This document shows positions 25,732 to 35,442 of a DNA stretch of 46,328 nucleotides, in pieces; within the stretch, counting starts at the first letter, position 1; the number at the start of each line of letters is the position of its first letter. The stretch lies in NCBI GenBank assembly GCA_046483305.1, contig JAWODM010000023.1, positions 1 through 46,328 of the forward strand. Direction: 5' to 3'. The notes under the pieces are model-generated. The model did not search any database. It was not told where the DNA came from and saw only the letters and a list, made by a program, of their open reading frames with translations. Both the position numbers and the translations under genes were made by a program. This stretch comes from Candidatus Krumholzibacteriales bacterium. Lineage in GTDB: Bacteria; Krumholzibacteriota; Krumholzibacteriia; Krumholzibacteriales; WJIX01.

Positions 25732-27000
25732 CTATTCCACCTCTTCGGCATCCTCGAAACCGTATCCGGCTTCTTCTATCAATTTCCCAAGCTCAGGGAT
25801 ATCAAAATCCCCGCCTGTAACATGGGCGGTACCCTTCTTGTGATCGACCAGGGCGGTCTCCACGCTTTCACTCTCCAGCAGGGCGTTCCTCACTGATTCG
25901 GCGCAGTGGTGGCAGGTCATCCCGGAAACTCTTATCCTGAGCTTCCGCTCCCCCTCCGCGGCTTCATCATGTTCACGAGTGGGCCTCCTGAACGCCGCCG
26001 AAGCCAGAACCGCCAGCAGGATCACGGCCGAGAAATCCTTTGCCGCGGCGGGAATCATCCAGGGCATCGAGGAAGAAACAGCCGAAGGCCCGGTTATTAA
26101 GACACGGTCCAGGAAGAGACCGGCCGCCAGAGCGCTCAGGGCTACTGTTCCCAGGTATATCAGGGCGGTCCTCCTTCCCATTATCTTCCATACGGTGGAG
26201 ATGGTTGCCGCGTTGGTGGCGGGGCCTGTCATCAGAAAAACCAGGGCGGCGCCCGGAGAGACTCCCTTGGCTATCAGGGCGGCCGCGATCGGCACCGAAG
26301 CCGTGGCGCAGACATAAACCGGTATCCCCGCCGCCATCAGAATAATGAGCGACAGGATGCCTCCACCCAGTACCGGGGCGAAGAAATCCTCAGGTATTAC
26401 AGCCGAGATAACACCGGCAATCAGAATTCCGATTATGAGAGACTTGTAGAGGTCCTCCGGCAGAGTCCTGAATCCGTAGCGAAGAACCTGAATGATACCC
26501 GATTTCTTTTTGCCCGTCCCGGCGCAGCACTCCGCGTGGCATACCGGCCTGTTACTCTCGGCATCGATCCCCTTCTCCCCGAAAAGCAGAACCAATCCTC
26601 CGCCCACCAGGCCGCTGATGAATGAAACCACCGGCCTCACTATCGCGAATACCGGCCCCAGAAGACTGAAAGTGACTAATATGCTGTCGGCCCCGGTCTG
26701 AGGCGTGGATATAAGAAACGAGGTGGTGGCGCCTGAACTGGCCCCGTGCTTCCTGAGCGATGCGGAAACTGGGATTACGCCGCAGGAACAGAGAGGAAGG
26801 GGAACTCCGAACAGAGCCGCCTTTATTATCTGGAGCAGCCCCCTGCCCCCCAGATGCCGCTCTACACTCTCCGGCCTGACCAGCACCGAGAGAATTCCGG
26901 CCACCAGAAACCCGAACAGAAGATAGGGAGACATCTCCCTCAGGGTGTCCCATGAAGAAACCAGAAATGACAGAAGGTAGTCAACAACAGGCATACTCAA
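25732..27000 (-). CDS. SO_0444-family (DUF318/ArsP-like) metal permease with C-terminal HMA domain
   Basis: PLPLCSCGVIP, STPQTG, PVYVCATASVP, GPATN, Cys-rich loop CHAECC and C-terminal GMTCHHC. Start is TTG 27000 or ATG 26994. Confidence 0.88.
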   Translation of the reverse strand: MSMPVVDYLLSFLVSSWDTLREMSPYLLFGFLVAGILSVLVRPESVERHLGGRGLLQIIKAALFGVPLPLCSCGVIPVSASLRKHGASSGATTSFLISTPQTGADSILVTFSLLGPVFAIVRPVVSFISGLVGGGLVLLFGEKGIDAESNRPVCHAECCAGTGKKKSGIIQVLRYGFRTLPEDLYKSLIIGILIAGVISAVIPEDFFAPVLGGGILSLIILMAAGIPVYVCATASVPIAAALIAKGVSPGAALVFLMTGPATNAATISTVWKIMGRRTALIYLGTVALSALAAGLFLDRVLITGPSAVSSSMPWMIPAAAKDFSAVILLAVLASAAFRRPTREHDEAAEGERKLRIRVSGMTCHHCAESVRNALLESESVETALVDHKKGTAHVTGGDFDIPELGKLIEEAGYGFEDAEEVE

Positions 27001-27010
27001 TCATCCCTCT

Positions 27011-27436
27011 CTACTCGGAGGTCCACACCTCCATTTCCATGTTTTCTTTTCCGTAATACTCTATTCTGGATGGGGTGACCTTTATAATAGCGTAATCCGG
27101 GTCTTCCGGGCCGTCGAAGTACTCGGACAGCATGGGGTTCCAGAACAGCTCCTTCTCTTCGATATCGGTAACCACCTCGGCTGTCCCCTCTATCTGGATG
27201 TAGCTGTCCCAGTCCTCCGGGCCGGCAACTCCGCAAACCAGATGTACCCGGGGATCGTTATGGACCTGCGAAACTTTCCTGGAACCCAGAAAGGTGGAAA
27301 AGCGGATGCTCATATCATCCGCCCCGACAGCCATTACGTATCTGACCCATGGCGCCCCTTCTTCGGTTACAGTGGCAAATCCGGTCATGTTCGGTTGTCC
27401 TATTACATCCAGAATACGCCGCTTGAGCTCCTCCAT
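27011..27436 (-). CDS. Pyridoxamine 5'-phosphate oxidase-like / general stress protein 26 family FMN-binding protein
   Basis: ATV...PWVRYV, FST..SRKV.Q, YIQIEG and YF.GPEDP. Start placed at ATG 27436 (GGAGG RBS 8 nt upstream); the 324-aa track ORF is over-extended. Confidence 0.85.
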   Translation of the reverse strand: MEELKRRILDVIGQPNMTGFATVTEEGAPWVRYVMAVGADDMSIRFSTFLGSRKVSQVHNDPRVHLVCGVAGPEDWDSYIQIEGTAEVVTDIEEKELFWNPMLSEYFDGPEDPDYAIIKVTPSRIEYYGKENMEMEVWTSE

Positions 27437-27710
27437 CTTATTTTCCTCCATGGCAAACTGGTTAATATAACGTCTTTCTAAAATACTCCGTGTTGTACAA
27501 GTAATGAAATAAATTTGTCTGTTTGTCCACAACAATCTGGCACTGCGCCCGGTTATCCTAACCGCAGGCTTCTCGAAAACAATCCGCTTATAAGCTGATA
27601 ATAACAGCTCGAGGCTATGTGCCTGAAGCCAGCTCGGGCGCCGGGCCAGAAGCAGCGGGGCGGTCCGGCATTGCGGCTGAAACTTCATTGGCGGGCGCAG
27701 GGAAACAGCC

Positions 27711-27739
27711 TTGAAAGGTTGAGCGCTTTTAAATACAAT
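27711..27739 (+). promoter_or_regulatory. Putative sigma70 promoter of the lipid kinase gene
   Basis: TTGAAA-N17-TACAAT. Confidence 0.55.
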
Positions 27740-27854
27740 AGCATAGTGCGTGGTTTGCCGGTGGTGCGGCCCTGCTTCAAATGCTTCAATTCCGACACCG
27801 GCACCCCTGACAGGGCTCCGAAACGCAGGGATCCGCAAACCTGACAGTGATATT

Positions 27855-28757
27855 ATGAAGAAAATACTGATAATAAAGAACCCGGCTGCCGGAAGTTTCA
27901 AGAAAAGAGAGCTGGAACGCTCTCTGGAAAAGAATCTAGCCGGAGTGGGGGTATCCATGAAAGTACTGGAGGTAGACCATTCCAAACCGCTCAGGAACCA
28001 GATAGAGGATAATATCCACGGCGGTTACGACCTGGTTGTCGCCGCCGGAGGCGACGGAACCGTAGCCGGAGTGGCAGGCGTCCTGGCCGGAACGGACATG
28101 CCGCTGGGCATTATCCCTTCAGGTACGGGCAACCTCCTGGCCAGAGAACTGGAAATTCCGCTCAGGACCAGAAAGGCGGTGGAACTGCTTGCCCGGGATT
28201 ACAGCGAAAAGGTAATAGATGTCATGTGCCTGGATGACAGGATTTTTCTATCCAATATTGGAGTGGGCCTGAGCGGGGTCACTATCAGAAACCTTTCCAG
28301 GAGCGACAAGAAGATATGGGGTTTTATGGCTTATATCGGCGCCACTCTCAAAAACCTCGGGAAGGTCCGCCCCCAGCGTTTCACCGTGGAAGCGGACGGT
28401 GAGATAATGGTTATCCGGTCGCCCGAGATATCGATCTCCAACAGCGGGATTATAAACAGGATGGTGATCCCGCAAAGCCCGGAAATCAGAATGGATGACG
28501 GAGCCCTGGATGTATGTTACGTCAAGGCGGACTCCATACGCGATTACCCCAGGCTCTTTCTCAACCTGATAAGAAGAAAACCGCATTACACCATCATCAG
28601 GAGCCTTCAGGTCAGAAACAGCATTACCGTGGAGAGCGAAAAACCGGCGGATGTGCAGGCTGACGGAGAACTTATGGGCAGAACTCCGGTAACCGTAAAA
28701 CTGCTCCCCCGCGCCCTCAGGGTTATTGTACCCTCCGGAACGGATATTGAAAATTAA
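27855..28757 (+). CDS. Diacylglycerol kinase family (YegS/BmrU) lipid kinase
   Basis: NPAAG, AGGDGT, IPSGTGNLLAR, MDDG and QADGE; start set at ATG 27855. Confidence 0.9.
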   Translation: MKKILIIKNPAAGSFKKRELERSLEKNLAGVGVSMKVLEVDHSKPLRNQIEDNIHGGYDLVVAAGGDGTVAGVAGVLAGTDMPLGIIPSGTGNLLARELEIPLRTRKAVELLARDYSEKVIDVMCLDDRIFLSNIGVGLSGVTIRNLSRSDKKIWGFMAYIGATLKNLGKVRPQRFTVEADGEIMVIRSPEISISNSGIINRMVIPQSPEIRMDDGALDVCYVKADSIRDYPRLFLNLIRRKPHYTIIRSLQVRNSITVESEKPADVQADGELMGRTPVTVKLLPRALRVIVPSGTDIEN

Positions 28758-28782
28758 TGAGTGGACACCGGTTCTGTTTCTT

Positions 28783-29397
28783 CTAATCCCCGGAAGGGCG
28801 GTCTCCCTTTTCGAGGCTCCTGCTTATCTTTCTTAGTTCCCCCAGAATTTCCTCCAGGACAGCTCCGCTCTTCTCCGCGTCCGGCTCGATGGTCGTCCGG
28901 GCGCCGCTGATGGCGGCGTCTCTGAGTTTATCCTTGAGTCCGCTGTATAGAGATTCATATTCCAGGAGCCCGCGCAGGCATCCCTCGTATCCGCCGGCAG
29001 TCTGAGACTGCCCCGCGGTCTGGACCAGCACCGAACCGATCCCGAGAATACGATCGTAGACAGACCTGCTGAGGACGAAATCGGTTACCGCCCGGAAAGG
29101 AATGTTCTGCTGCTTCCTGGTCAGTATCCCCTTATATACGATTATTCTGTCATCAGTTATAACGTAGCTGAGATTGTTGATCCAGATCCGGTTGAGAGGG
29201 AGGCCTATTACCCAGAGAAGCAGCGCCAGGGATATGGCAACTATCCACACAACCGGGGGCGCCGCAGGGTCCCCTTCCGCCAGGTAGACAATGAGATGAA
29301 TAAGCGCCGCTGCCGCAATAATAACGGCGCTTATGGCAGCCCATACCATGATGGATTTAGTGAAGTATTTCCGGTCAGGCCTGATCCTCTGCCCCAT
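28783..29397 (-). CDS. Bacterial PH-domain (YdbS-like) membrane protein
   Basis: Two TM helices, then Y.ITDDRI.V.KG...IPF....D..L.R...DRILGIG.V.VQTAG. Confidence 0.8.
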   Translation of the reverse strand: MGQRIRPDRKYFTKSIMVWAAISAVIIAAAALIHLIVYLAEGDPAAPPVVWIVAISLALLLWVIGLPLNRIWINNLSYVITDDRIIVYKGILTRKQQNIPFRAVTDFVLSRSVYDRILGIGSVLVQTAGQSQTAGGYEGCLRGLLEYESLYSGLKDKLRDAAISGARTTIEPDAEKSGAVLEEILGELRKISRSLEKGDRPSGD

Positions 29398-29441
29398 TTC
29401 TGCCCCCCTGCTTAATCCTCATGCCGTCTCCCCCGCAGGAA

Positions 29442-30635
29442 TTATCTGCCCGGATCAGCCGGCACAACAAATTCGCTGAGATCGGACCGGAGAATATATT
29501 CCAGCTCCGATATATTTTCCCTGCTGGTCTCCGTAACCAGGAACCCGAACAGGGGATTTTCTCTGAAGTCCCATTTTCTGACCTCCAGGGGATTCTCGAA
29601 CATGGAAGCCAGCTTATCGTAATCAAAGCTCTCTATGCGATCGCCCTTCAATCCGGTGGTGTTATTGAGAGCCACCAGGGAGTATAGCTTCCCCCTGTCA
29701 TGCGACAGCAGTTCATTCCAGTCCGGCCTCTTCCGGAAGAAATAATATTCATAGGGATTGATCCCGAACGCCTTTCCGGTCAGATCGGCGGTGGTGCACC
29801 AGGCTCCGAACCTCAGCGGGTTAATTTCTATCGGGACCGGCCGCCCGTCCGGCCCTATCCGCACCTCCGCGTGGAATGGAAAATTCTTCAGGCCGGCGAG
29901 TTCCGTTATCCGCTCCCCGAATTCTGTAAACAGCTCCAGCCTGTCCTCTATGATTTCCGCCGAAGTTACATAAACACGGTCGCTCACATCGTCTTCGGAC
30001 CCGAAAAGATGCTTCAGTATACCCACCACTACCGGCCTGCCTTCGCCGTCGGCATATATATCTATAGCGTATTCTTCTCCCTCTATGTACTCCTCTATGA
30101 TAAACCTGGAAGTGTCCAGGACCCTGTCAGGGTACAACTCCCCATGAGCTTCTGCTTCCTCCCTGATAGCCCTTACCGCCAGGGGCCATTCATCCATCGA
30201 GCTGACGGCATTTACCCCCAGGCTGAAGAATCCGACCGCCGGCTTTATTACCGCCGGCAGCGGAAGCCGCTCAGCTTCTAAATCATCCAGCTGGCGAAGT
30301 TCTACCTCCCGGTAAAAAAGATCGGGATAGAGTCCGGAAGTCAGGTCTCTGAACTTTACTTTATCCTTGAAAACCTCCAGCGATCCCGGAATGCCGGTCC
30401 CGGACAGGTTGTCGCTTATCCATTCGATAGCGCTTTCGGAGACAGTGTAGAGAAGATTGTTTTCGGATCGATTAATCTTACTGGCCGCTTCCTCCTCCCC
30501 AATGAACCGGACCCTCTCTGAACGGATCAGCTCTCTTGTCCCGGGGATGTCAATAACCGGGATCCGGTTCCGGATGACTGTATCAATAAAGTAATCGGAG
30601 ACATAAGGTTGTCCGGTCAAAATCATTCTGTTCAA
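29442..30635 (-). CDS. ATP-grasp domain protein of unknown substrate
   Basis: KDKVKFR, VIKPAVGFFS, IEEYIEGEEYAID, FHAEVR and IEINPLR. Start uncertain (TTG 30635 with GAGGGG RBS, ATG 30626 or TTG 30677). Confidence 0.8.
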   Translation of the reverse strand: MNRMILTGQPYVSDYFIDTVIRNRIPVIDIPGTRELIRSERVRFIGEEEAASKINRSENNLLYTVSESAIEWISDNLSGTGIPGSLEVFKDKVKFRDLTSGLYPDLFYREVELRQLDDLEAERLPLPAVIKPAVGFFSLGVNAVSSMDEWPLAVRAIREEAEAHGELYPDRVLDTSRFIIEEYIEGEEYAIDIYADGEGRPVVVGILKHLFGSEDDVSDRVYVTSAEIIEDRLELFTEFGERITELAGLKNFPFHAEVRIGPDGRPVPIEINPLRFGAWCTTADLTGKAFGINPYEYYFFRKRPDWNELLSHDRGKLYSLVALNNTTGLKGDRIESFDYDKLASMFENPLEVRKWDFRENPLFGFLVTETSRENISELEYILRSDLSEFVVPADPGR

Positions 30636-30682
30636 TTGCGCCCCTCTCTCGGTACGGTTTAGAGCAATCTCCTGCAATGGGA

Positions 30683-32257
30683 TTAAATTCTGTAAATACT
30701 GTGATAGCAGTCTCTGAGTATCTCCGATCTGTTCGCCCTATAGCTCTTAACAGCCAGAGGTAGAAATTCCATTATATCGGAGGCGGTTATCCCGTCGCTC
30801 CCCTTCTGTCCGGCCGCCATATCGCCGGAAAGGCCATGGATGAAAACCCCGCAGACCGCGGCTTCCTCCAGGGTCAATCCCAGCCCGAACATTGCCGGAA
30901 TGCAGCCGGTAAGAACGTCTCCCGACCCCGCGCTGGCCATTCCCTGGTTTCCGCTCATGTTGACGTAGATATTTCCATCCGGCAGGCCGGTCAGGGTATG
31001 GGCTCCCTTCAGGATAATAAGGGAATTAAGGCCGGAAGCCTGTTCCCGCAGGATCCTGACGCTATCGGCCATTATTTCACCGGTACTTCTTCCGCATATT
31101 CTGGACATCTCCCCAGGATGGGGAGTGATCACCGTCTTTCCCTTCCTTTTTTTCAGTATCTCCAGATTTTCAGCCGCAGCGGTGATGCCGTCTCCGTCTA
31201 TAAGAACCGGGCACGGTATCTTCTCCACCAGCACTCTGACAAGTTCTCTGGTTTCCTCCTCCAGCGAAAGACCCGGCCCCACCACCACCATATCCATATC
31301 CTCCGCTATATCCAGTATGCTGCCGGCGCTATCCAGGGATAGGCTGCCGCTTTCGGTCTCCGGAAGCGGTATAAATACAATCTCTTTTCCCCCGGAGGCA
31401 ATCCCCGGGGCGGCTGAGGCCGGGGTAGCCAGCCGGGAATAGCCTCCCCCGGCTTTCAGGAAGGAAAGCGCCGAAAAATGGGGGGCGCCATAATACCCGC
31501 GCGCACCGGCAACGAACAGCACATCCCCGAAGGTTCCCTTGTGCCCGGCTTTCTTTCTGGGAGGCAGTTCAGCCGGGCTGGCAGTTTCCATCATTATATC
31601 AGGCCGGTCATAAAGCCCGGGAGGAAAGGATATATGGGTTACATGAAGTTCTCCGCAGTAACCGAAACCGGGATAAAGAATATTCCCGGCCTTGGGAAGC
31701 CCGAAGGTAACGGTATGGTCCGCCCTGACCGCTCTTCCCATCACCGCCGCGCTGTCGCCATTGACCCCGGAGGGGATATCAACACTGACCACAGTTTTCC
31801 CGGCTCTGTTGATAAGGTCTATTAAATCCGCGTACACCCCTTCCACCTCCCTGGTGATTCCGGTGCCGAATATTGCATCCACCACCACGCCGCACTTCTC
31901 CACCTCTTCCTCTGCCTGCCGGGTCTCTTCAATAACCTCAACATCGACCGGCAGTCCGGAAATTATATTGTAATTTACCGCTGCCGGGCCGGAGTATTTC
32001 TGAGGGTTGCCGGTGAGGAAAACTTTTAACTCTCCCCCTTCGGAGTGAATCTTTCTTGCGATTACCAGGCCGTCGCCGCCATTGTTTCCCGGGCCGCAGA
32101 AAACAACGAATCTTTTTCCCCGGATACCAATTCGCGAGAGGATAACCGAATAAACAGCGAGGCCGGCGTTCTCCATCAGCATCTGCTCACTTATCCCGTA
32201 CTCCTCCACCGCCCTTCTGTCCAGATCCCTCATCTGCTCAGTCGTGCTTATCTTCAT
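30683..32257 (-). CDS. nnr: Bifunctional NAD(P)H-hydrate epimerase/dehydratase (YjeF)
   Basis: LMENAG, GPGNNGGDG, DAIFGTG and VDIPSG; HKGTFG, VGPGL, TPHPGE, LKGAHT and AGSGDVL. Confidence 0.95.
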   Translation of the reverse strand: MKISTTEQMRDLDRRAVEEYGISEQMLMENAGLAVYSVILSRIGIRGKRFVVFCGPGNNGGDGLVIARKIHSEGGELKVFLTGNPQKYSGPAAVNYNIISGLPVDVEVIEETRQAEEEVEKCGVVVDAIFGTGITREVEGVYADLIDLINRAGKTVVSVDIPSGVNGDSAAVMGRAVRADHTVTFGLPKAGNILYPGFGYCGELHVTHISFPPGLYDRPDIMMETASPAELPPRKKAGHKGTFGDVLFVAGARGYYGAPHFSALSFLKAGGGYSRLATPASAAPGIASGGKEIVFIPLPETESGSLSLDSAGSILDIAEDMDMVVVGPGLSLEEETRELVRVLVEKIPCPVLIDGDGITAAAENLEILKKRKGKTVITPHPGEMSRICGRSTGEIMADSVRILREQASGLNSLIILKGAHTLTGLPDGNIYVNMSGNQGMASAGSGDVLTGCIPAMFGLGLTLEEAAVCGVFIHGLSGDMAAGQKGSDGITASDIMEFLPLAVKSYRANRSEILRDCYHSIYRI

Positions 32258-32345
32258 ATTTCCATCCTGCCCTCTGCCTTTAATAATGCTTTTTCAATCA
32301 GATTAACCGATTTCAAGCCGCGGTCAAGTATTAAGATACCGGTTG

Positions 32346-32798
32346 CTAAACCCCGGGGTGCTTTCTCCTCGAAAAATATACAATATCGCCGTGCTCGGCG
32401 AATCCCAGTTTCCTGAAGAGGTTCCTGGATTCAGGGTTGTCCCCCTCTATCAGAACGGCTGTTATCTCGATCCCCGCCTGACCCAGCCTCCTCTGCGCTT
32501 CCTCGACAAGGCGCCGGGCGATGCCCCTTCTCCTCAACCCGGGAAGAACCGCCAGCCGGTTTATCCACCCCTTTCTGCCGTCGTGAGTAACCAGAACCGA
32601 GCCCGCGATATCCCCGTCAACCTCGGCTACCAGCAGAGTTCCGGGACCATCCCTGAGTTCTGAAATCAATCTTTCCCTCCTGTCGCGGCCCGAGGGTTTG
32701 AAGGATAGGCCCGAAGCGGACCACATCCCGGTAAGGGAATCATATTCATCCGGCCTGAATTCCCTGATTATGATTTTCTCATCCTTGTCAGGTTTCAT
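32346..32798 (-). CDS. GNAT family N-acetyltransferase
   Basis: IIIREF, HDGRKGWINRLAV and acetyl-CoA motif RRRGIA; start set at ATG 32798. Confidence 0.88.
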   Translation of the reverse strand: MKPDKDEKIIIREFRPDEYDSLTGMWSASGLSFKPSGRDRRERLISELRDGPGTLLVAEVDGDIAGSVLVTHDGRKGWINRLAVLPGLRRRGIARRLVEEAQRRLGQAGIEITAVLIEGDNPESRNLFRKLGFAEHGDIVYFSRRKHPGV

Positions 32799-32939
32799 TT
32801 TCAAATACCCATCCGGATTCAAGCAGCCCGGAATCACCCTTACCTGTCAGAGTATATCAGATGTTCAGGGCCATATTACCGCCAGCTGGAATCCAGATAC
32901 TTATTTCTGCCGGGACGATCAGGTTCGCGCCGGTAATCA

Positions 32940-33371
32940 TCAGAGTATCTCTTCCAGGATTCTACAGCTTTCCTTCACATAGTTCTCGCATTTGTCCCTG
33001 AATATTCCCTCCCGCTCAGCTTTCTCCATCCCCTCCGCGGTACTTATATCCATCCCTGTCAGATCGATACACTCCAGAGAGCCGAAACGTTTCCGGAACT
33101 TCATTATGAATTCATTGACCTTATCATAAATAAGCTCTCTGGTAACTTCCCGGTCCCGGTCCCGGTAAAGCGATCTCCCTGTTACTATTATCGCTCCGCT
33201 CACCGCTCCGCATACGGTTTGAACTTTGCCCATTCCGGCTCCAAATCCGGCGGCCAGGGCCGCCGCCTCAATCTCCGGCAGGCCCAGCAGGTCTGCGTGG
33301 GCTATAACCACCGACTGGGCGCAGTTGTACCCCTGGTTGAATATCCCTGCCGCCTTTTTATCTCTTTCCAC
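32940..33371 (-). CDS. C-GCAxxG-C-C family putative redox protein
   Basis: YNCAQSV, GFGAGMG, VCGAVSG, LEC and final KC. Confidence 0.9.
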   Translation of the reverse strand: MERDKKAAGIFNQGYNCAQSVVIAHADLLGLPEIEAAALAAGFGAGMGKVQTVCGAVSGAIIVTGRSLYRDRDREVTRELIYDKVNEFIMKFRKRFGSLECIDLTGMDISTAEGMEKAEREGIFRDKCENYVKESCRILEEIL

Positions 33372-33392
33372 ACTGCCTCGCTTTCCGGATAT

Positions 33393-34694
33393 CTATCCGT
33401 TTGCGCCCGGATTTCTGTATATAAGATAGAGCAGCAGGTATGAGACCGTGGTCGCCGCCACGGTAAAGGGAAGCCCTATCCTCACAAAAGAAGCGAAAGA
33501 GACCGGCCTCCCCTCTCTTCTCAGAATCCCGGTTGCGGTAAGGTTGGCGGCGGCTCCGATGGGGGTTATGTTCCCTCCCATGCATGAACCGATCAACACT
33601 CCCAGAAAGAGCAGCTCATGGGGTATGCCCAGTTTTTCAGCCAGTCCGTGCACTACCGGGAACATTGCGGCAATATAGGGAACGTTGTCGATAAAGGCCG
33701 ATACCGCCACCGAAAACCAGACCACCGCGGTAAGTATCACAAAATCCGAGGCTCCTTCCAGGAGGCCGAACCCGCTAACCAGCGATTCGATTACCCCCTG
33801 CTTCTCCAGCATATACACCAGAACGAAGATCCCGGTCAGGAACATTACGGTCTCCCAGTCGAATCCGTGCTGGTCCTCGATCTGGTGGTGGAATTTCCTG
33901 GCCCGGACATAGAAGTATGAAATTGAACCGGTAATGACGGTAGCCACTCCCCCGAACCAGGTGAAATGGGGATCAATAATGCTGGCGGCAGAAAGTAATA
34001 TTACCGCCATAACCAGCATGGCCAGGGGAAACCAGCTCCTGACCGGAGTAATCTCCAGGCGCGCGGGCTTTCGCTTCTCTTTCCTGAAATAATGATAGAG
34101 AACCACGAACCCGGCCACCGCCCCCACCTGCACTATCCAGAAAATACCAGCCTTCCAGGACTGGTAAGAAGACTCCGGATTGTTGTAGAAGAAGAAATCA
34201 AGAAAATCCATGGGAGTCCTGGCGGCAAGAATCATACTGGGGGTATCACCTATCAGTATTGCCATTCCCTGAAGATTTGAAGATATGGCCAGGCCGATTA
34301 TTACCGGTACCGGGTTGATCCCGGCCTTCCTGGTCACCTGCAGCGCTATCGGGGCGATCACCAGAACGGTTACCACGTTATCCATGAAGATGGAGAAAAT
34401 CGAGGCGAACACGATTATCAGCATCAGGGATATCCCCAGGTTGGGGGACCTGTTAATCAGGTGATCGGAGATCGTCTCAGGCAATCTGGAGTATACGAAA
34501 GCATCGGCAAGGAGAAGCGAACCGAACAGTATACCGATTATATTCCAGTCGACTCCCCGGTAAACGTCAGCTATCTCTATGGCTCCGAGGATCAGGGCAA
34601 CTCCCACTCCGATCCAGGTAATCAGCCAGCGGTACCGGCTGCTGAGCATGAGGGAAATATATACCAGGACAAATATTGAAGCCGCTTCCCACAT
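33393..34694 (-). CDS. ArsB/NhaD/SLC13 (IT superfamily) permease
   Basis: Duplicated motifs SIFMDNV / SAFIDNV, LIGDTPS and GGNITPIGAAAN; many TM helices. Confidence 0.85.
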   Translation of the reverse strand: MWEAASIFVLVYISLMLSSRYRWLITWIGVGVALILGAIEIADVYRGVDWNIIGILFGSLLLADAFVYSRLPETISDHLINRSPNLGISLMLIIVFASIFSIFMDNVVTVLVIAPIALQVTRKAGINPVPVIIGLAISSNLQGMAILIGDTPSMILAARTPMDFLDFFFYNNPESSYQSWKAGIFWIVQVGAVAGFVVLYHYFRKEKRKPARLEITPVRSWFPLAMLVMAVILLSAASIIDPHFTWFGGVATVITGSISYFYVRARKFHHQIEDQHGFDWETVMFLTGIFVLVYMLEKQGVIESLVSGFGLLEGASDFVILTAVVWFSVAVSAFIDNVPYIAAMFPVVHGLAEKLGIPHELLFLGVLIGSCMGGNITPIGAAANLTATGILRREGRPVSFASFVRIGLPFTVAATTVSYLLLYLIYRNPGANG

Positions 34695-34700
34695 ATCAGC

Positions 34701-35423
34701 CTATAGGACCTCCAGTTCAGCCAGAATCCTTGCGGCTGCTTCTTCGGGCCTGGGAGCCTTATAGATCGGGCGCCCGATCACCAGATAGTTCGAACCGGCC
34801 TCTGCCGCACTGGTGGGGGTAGCAACCCTTTTCTGATCATTCAGGCCCGTTCCGGCAGGCCTTATACCGGGGGTGACAATAACAAAATCTTCGCCGAACT
34901 TCCTTCGTACATCAGCTGCCTCCAGTACCGAGCACACAATTCCGTCCATCCCGGCCTCTTTCGCCCTGGCGGAGAGGTTGCCTACGATATCGGCTATATT
35001 ATATTTTACCGGCGAGATCACCTCCAGGTCGGTTTCCTCAAGGCTGGTCAGGATAGTAACTCCTACCAGAAGGGGGCGCCGGTTCCCTGTTTTCTCCGAT
35101 ACCTCGCTGGCGGTTCTGGCGGCTTCTCTCATCATTTCAAATCCGCCCGTGGTATGGAGGGTCATCATGTCGACCCCCATCCTGCAGGCCGCTTTGACTG
35201 CGCCTGATACGGTTGCCGGAATATCATGAAATTTAAGATCGAGAAATACCCTTCCGTTATTTTTTCTGATAGCCTCGATAAGCGGCGGCCCTTCGGCTGT
35301 AAAAAGCCTGCTGCCTATCTTGAAATAATCTAACTGCCCCTTGAGCTTTTCGACCAGCTCCAGGGCTCTTGAACCCTTCTCCACGTCCAGCGCGGCGATA
35401 ATTTCACACTCTCTTCGGCTCAT
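34701..35423 (-). CDS. pyrF: Orotidine-5'-phosphate decarboxylase
   Basis: FLDLKFHDIPATV, VTPGIRP, DQKRVATP and VIGRPI. Confidence 0.97.
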   Translation of the reverse strand: MSRRECEIIAALDVEKGSRALELVEKLKGQLDYFKIGSRLFTAEGPPLIEAIRKNNGRVFLDLKFHDIPATVSGAVKAACRMGVDMMTLHTTGGFEMMREAARTASEVSEKTGNRRPLLVGVTILTSLEETDLEVISPVKYNIADIVGNLSARAKEAGMDGIVCSVLEAADVRRKFGEDFVIVTPGIRPAGTGLNDQKRVATPTSAAEAGSNYLVIGRPIYKAPRPEEAAARILAELEVL

Positions 35424-35442
35424 GAATATCCCCCCTGTTTTT

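Noticed and set aside
27437..27985. N-terminal 183 aa of the 324-aa ORF 27011..27985
   Set aside because: It overlaps the lipid kinase gene and its promoter; family similarity and an RBS begin only at ATG 27436.
32940..33371. Possible selenoprotein in the C-GCAxxG-C-C family
   Set aside because: All conserved positions are Cys codons; there is no internal TGA.
33393..34694. Permease as the citrate transporter for the ACL-like enzyme
   Set aside because: It lies about 13 kb away, coupled to pyrF, and family membership does not define the substrate.
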